Positions 54,906 to 58,443 of a stretch of 58,443 nucleotides of DNA are shown here, piece after piece. The stretch is from contig CAZWEM010000024.1 of the NCBI GenBank assembly GCA_964632315.1, positions 1 through 58,443 of the forward strand, written 5' to 3'. The translations under genes were made by a program, and so were the position numbers. Source of the DNA: an uncultured archaeon. Its GTDB lineage: Archaea; Asgardarchaeota; Lokiarchaeia; Sigyniarchaeales; SOKP01. The notes beneath the pieces are model-generated. The model made no database searches. It saw only the letters and a list, made by a program, of their open reading frames with translations, and was not told where the DNA came from. Every line of letters starts with the position of its first letter. Position 1 is the first letter of the stretch.

Positions 54906-56198
54906 ATGAATATGACAGATTTAAGAAAAAAATTAGAGATCCCAAAAGACGCTCTTAAATCGGTAAATGATTTTTTACTTGACGAGACTAATCCTTTAAT
55001 TAATCAGTTATTTTCTGTTATTGATAAGTATGGTGGAATAGAGGAGATTAACAAAAAAGCTGAAGAAGCAAGAAAGATTGATAATCTTTTTGGAAAAGTT
55101 AATGCAATTAATCCCGATTATGTCAAAGATTTAGAATGGTTGATAAAGGTTCGAGATAATCATTCATTCATTAGCGTTACAGACTATAGAAAAAAAATCT
55201 TAGGGGATAAAATATCTGAAATAAGCTTTAATGATGATTTTGCTGTTACATTAGAATTAAGTGCTTGTCAATATTTCCCATTTCTTATGGATATTATCAA
55301 GGATGCTGTTGAAAATCACAAATTAATGCCAGCCAGAATCATAAGAGTACGAAATATGAAAGAACAAGAGCAGGATGGTGATCTATCGGCTATGGCTGCT
55401 GCGATGCAAATTATTGGAGCCTCATGGGTTGAAACACTAGACACCAAGGGAACTGCTCTTGGTCCAGATGGCTTACCAGTTAATGTACATTTAGGCGGCC
55501 CAGAAACGATAACTGGATATTTTGGTGGAGTTGGTGAACCAAATGATTTTGCTTTGAAATGGATTGACGAATTTCTCTATTACTATACTAACTATGGTAT
55601 CAAACAGGTACTAAATGTAAATCCAGGAACCGTGCTATTAGGATATTTTATATACAAGCTTGGAATAAATAACGAATTTAAAATCTCTGTATATATGGGA
55701 AATGATAATCCTTATGCGTGTTTATGGACATTATTGACCGCAAAATTATTTGCTCGGAAGGATGGCACCAGTCCTTTAATTGGGTTTAATTTATCAAATT
55801 CAGTGAATAATAAGACTATTGAAATGGCTGCATACATAAGAAAACCATTCGGATTTGAAGATGTCGTTCGTTTGGAACATCATATTACAGAAACATGGAA
55901 AAGTATTGTACGACAACCTTATGATCGCAGGGATGAATTATTAGAATTAGCAACAAAAGTTAAAAATGTAAGTGCAAAGCATGAAGGCGGCAATATTCCT
56001 GTCGAAGAAAAGAGGGAACATCCTACAGACATACTGGAATATTTTGTACCTAAGGAAGAACTGAAGGAAGCTGGGTTATGGGATTATTTGCGCATCAATC
56101 ATCTCGATCGAAATGATGCTGTAAATTCCACCGCTGAAGCTCTAACTAAAAAGGGACTGTCATTTCTTGCGGCTAAAAATCTACATTATTATAAATAA
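54906..56198 (+). CDS. hypothetical soluble protein, enzyme-like
   Basis: 430-aa ORF with motif-like segments (ETLDTKG, HLGGPETITGYFGG, LEHHITE, AKHEGG); 20 nt upstream of the aldolase-Fae gene. Confidence 0.75.
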   Translation: MNMTDLRKKLEIPKDALKSVNDFLLDETNPLINQLFSVIDKYGGIEEINKKAEEARKIDNLFGKVNAINPDYVKDLEWLIKVRDNHSFISVTDYRKKILGDKISEISFNDDFAVTLELSACQYFPFLMDIIKDAVENHKLMPARIIRVRNMKEQEQDGDLSAMAAAMQIIGASWVETLDTKGTALGPDGLPVNVHLGGPETITGYFGGVGEPNDFALKWIDEFLYYYTNYGIKQVLNVNPGTVLLGYFIYKLGINNEFKISVYMGNDNPYACLWTLLTAKLFARKDGTSPLIGFNLSNSVNNKTIEMAAYIRKPFGFEDVVRLEHHITETWKSIVRQPYDRRDELLELATKVKNVSAKHEGGNIPVEEKREHPTDILEYFVPKEELKEAGLWDYLRINHLDRNDAVNSTAEALTKKGLSFLAAKNLHYYK

Positions 56199-56218
56199 AT
56201 ACAAAGAGGAATAATAAA

Positions 56219-57706
56219 ATGGGTAAATTTGATTTTAGACCGATAGGCGTGATGCCAGCAATGGTCACGCCGTTTAATAAGGATGAATCTATTAATGAGG
56301 AACAAATACGGAACTTAGTTAATCATTTTATAGAGCAAGGTGTGACTGGATTAGTCCCTTGTGGTACAACTGGAGAATTTTGCAACATGACTTTTGAAGA
56401 ACGATTGAAGGTCATTGAAATAGTAGTAGATGAAGCCAATGGGAGAATCCCCGTCATCGCTGGAACGGGAGAGACAGGAACTAAATTAGTGATTGACGCG
56501 AGTCTTGCTGCGACTGATATTGGAGCTGATGCAGTTATAATAGTAACTCCCTATTATCTCAAGCCAAAAGCTAAGGGATTATACGATCATTATTCTACCA
56601 TATGTGAAAAGACAGACATTCCTATCGTGCTTTATAACATTCCAGTATGTACTGGAGTCGAGCTCCCTTGGACAGTAGTAGAAGATCTTGTTGATTTCGA
56701 AAATATCGTAGCGATTAAAGACTCAAGTGGAGATTATAAATACCATTCTGCATTATTAGAAAAAGTTAGTGATAAAATCTCAGTGTTAATCGGGTGGGAT
56801 GAACTCGTGTTAGGATCGCTTGCAGGAGGTTCAGCAGGATGCATTTTAGGCTCTGCAAATGTAATTCCAAAGATTTGGTTAGAAATCTATGATCACGTGA
56901 AAAACAATCGATTACAAGAAGCACAAGCACTCCAGAAAAAAGTCCAAAAAATTGCTCGCATGCTCATCAATTCTGGAGCATTAGGAGCAAAGGAATGCCT
57001 CAATTTAATGGGAGTTCCTGCTGGATATACTAGATCACCCATTATAATGGGTGATGTCCTTTCATATGAGTTTAGGGATGAATTTCGAGTGGAATTAGAA
57101 AAACTAGGATTAATTGAAAAGAAGGAAATCAAGTTTGAAATTGGGGAAAAAGAGCTTACAAGCAGATTTTTTGCCGTTGGAGTGACTCCAGCGAAAATCT
57201 CTGATTTCAAATTAAAAGTAGGCGAATCCTTAGTTGGTGATCGTGCAGAATTAGCGCATGTCGATCTTTTAATTGGTGAGAAAGATGGTCCAGTTGGAGA
57301 TGCTTACGCTCGAGCCTTAACACACCCTGCGAAAGGTAAAGAAGGCTTACAAGTTATTCTCGAGCCAAATATGCAAGTTAAACCTGCTACAGTGATGATT
57401 CCAACCGTTAAAGTGACTTCTTTAAGACATGCAAGCCTTACTTATGGACCTGCTCAAGCCGCCGTAGCTAAGGCTATTATGCAATGCGTGGAAGATGGTA
57501 TTTTGCCAAAAGAAGCATCGGAAGATTTAGTGATTATTGCGAATGTTTTCGTTCATCCCAGTGCAAGTAGTCGTAAAAGGGTTTTTATAAATAACTTTAA
57601 GGCTACTAGAAATGCCATTCGTAAAGCAGTAGAAGGTTTACCGACAGTAGAAGAAGCTCTGGAAAATAAAGAGAATGCCCGGCATCCTTTAAGAAATGAT
57701 CCTTAA
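56219..57706 (+). CDS. DapA/NAL-family class I aldolase fused to formaldehyde-activating enzyme (Fae)
   Basis: N-terminal GTTGE, PYY, LYNIP, IKDSSG; C-terminal VGE.LVG...E.AH.DL.IG.K.GPVG, KP.T...P.V, GPAQAAVAKA, VFVHP, ATR.AI, HP. Confidence 0.9.
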   Translation: MGKFDFRPIGVMPAMVTPFNKDESINEEQIRNLVNHFIEQGVTGLVPCGTTGEFCNMTFEERLKVIEIVVDEANGRIPVIAGTGETGTKLVIDASLAATDIGADAVIIVTPYYLKPKAKGLYDHYSTICEKTDIPIVLYNIPVCTGVELPWTVVEDLVDFENIVAIKDSSGDYKYHSALLEKVSDKISVLIGWDELVLGSLAGGSAGCILGSANVIPKIWLEIYDHVKNNRLQEAQALQKKVQKIARMLINSGALGAKECLNLMGVPAGYTRSPIIMGDVLSYEFRDEFRVELEKLGLIEKKEIKFEIGEKELTSRFFAVGVTPAKISDFKLKVGESLVGDRAELAHVDLLIGEKDGPVGDAYARALTHPAKGKEGLQVILEPNMQVKPATVMIPTVKVTSLRHASLTYGPAQAAVAKAIMQCVEDGILPKEASEDLVIIANVFVHPSASSRKRVFINNFKATRNAIRKAVEGLPTVEEALENKENARHPLRNDP

Positions 57707-57735
57707 CAGAACGGTTTTTTTTAATTCTATTCTTT

Positions 57736-58326
57736 CTATTTTACTTTTTTAATAATTAAACCAACACCGAATATAATCAAAATTCCTCCAACCATAAACC
57801 ATGTTATTAGTGAGAGGGAATTTTGATTCAAAAGATCGGGTAAGATTGTCAAAATTATGGTGAAAAAAGAGGTATTAAGAATCCCTATAATGACTGAAAT
57901 TAAGCCAAGAATTTTATTTAATTTTCTTTTTAATCTCAGATTTATATGTTTGTCTCCAACAAATAAAAATAACCCATAACCAAGAAGGAAGATTCCTGCT
58001 AAAAGAACGGGCACAGATACCAAAACTTGAACATCACTAATTGAATGAAAGCGAGAATCAGATAATGCAAAAATAGATGCAGCGATTGGTATTAATCCAT
58101 CAATAACAAGGATGAATCCTTTTAACTTTTGGTCTAAATGTGCAGTGAACATCAAGAAAATGGAGAAAATGAGCGTAGATATGCTAAAAACTAGCAATGG
58201 AAGCGCAAGTATAAGGATTGTTGCATCCCAATTTAACCCTACGGCCCAAAATGTCATCAATGATATGATTAAGAATATAATTCCTAATATAAGAGTAATT
58301 AATCCTAATCCTTTTTTCTCTTCCAT
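57736..58326 (-). CDS. hypothetical multi-pass membrane protein
   Basis: about six hydrophobic helices. Confidence 0.7.
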   Translation of the reverse strand: MEEKKGLGLITLILGIIFLIISLMTFWAVGLNWDATILILALPLLVFSISTLIFSIFLMFTAHLDQKLKGFILVIDGLIPIAASIFALSDSRFHSISDVQVLVSVPVLLAGIFLLGYGLFLFVGDKHINLRLKRKLNKILGLISVIIGILNTSFFTIILTILPDLLNQNSLSLITWFMVGGILIIFGVGLIIKKVK

Positions 58327-58443
58327 TTTTTCTCTCTTTAAATCAAGAATATAATGATACGTTATAGATGTAATTTATTTTTAGTGATTTTATAATTAAT
58401 AATCCACGTTTAGCTTAAAGGATAATTCCTTAATAGTCTGGCT

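Noticed and set aside
56219-57200. Plain dapA (lysine biosynthesis)
   Set aside because: The substrate-binding Arg is replaced by Cys, the protein is fused to Fae, and no dap genes lie nearby
1465-58354. Numerous short antisense or overlapping ORFs in the track (e.g. 2002..2409, 16961..17404, 24005..24232, 24737..25114, 51949..52377)
   Set aside because: They overlap well-supported genes and show no recognisable motifs; treated as shadow ORFs

Overview
AT-rich, gene-dense archaeal chromosomal window. The combination of TFB, a PAC2 proteasome chaperone, Fwd/Hdr/Mvh/Fae C1 genes, a Rag/Arf-like small GTPase and a longin-like domain most resembles Asgard archaea (Lokiarchaeia-like); this assignment is inference. 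About 50 CDSs; no rRNA, tRNA, CRISPR array or transposase was recognised. Main points of interest: (1) fwdB is interrupted inside its conserved CPFCG-TLCDD Fe-S motif by a 30-nt insert with an in-frame TAA. The insert folds as a 9-bp hairpin in a relaxed bulge-helix-bulge register, making it a candidate mRNA intron or recoding element. (2) A co-oriented signalling cluster: ArsR-HTH, Rag/Arf-like GTPase, PAS histidine kinase, a REC protein with a longin/uDENN-like output domain, KaiB and a CI-only KaiC. It converges on a CheB-CheR-PAS-kinase hybrid. (3) A DapA-family aldolase fused to formaldehyde-activating enzyme. (4) An MvhG-like protein with a duplicated Fe-S module and no adjacent large subunit. 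(5) Probable ATT, ATA and CTG start codons. (6) Exact 282-nt and 56-nt tandem duplications. All family calls come from motifs recognised by eye; no searches were run.
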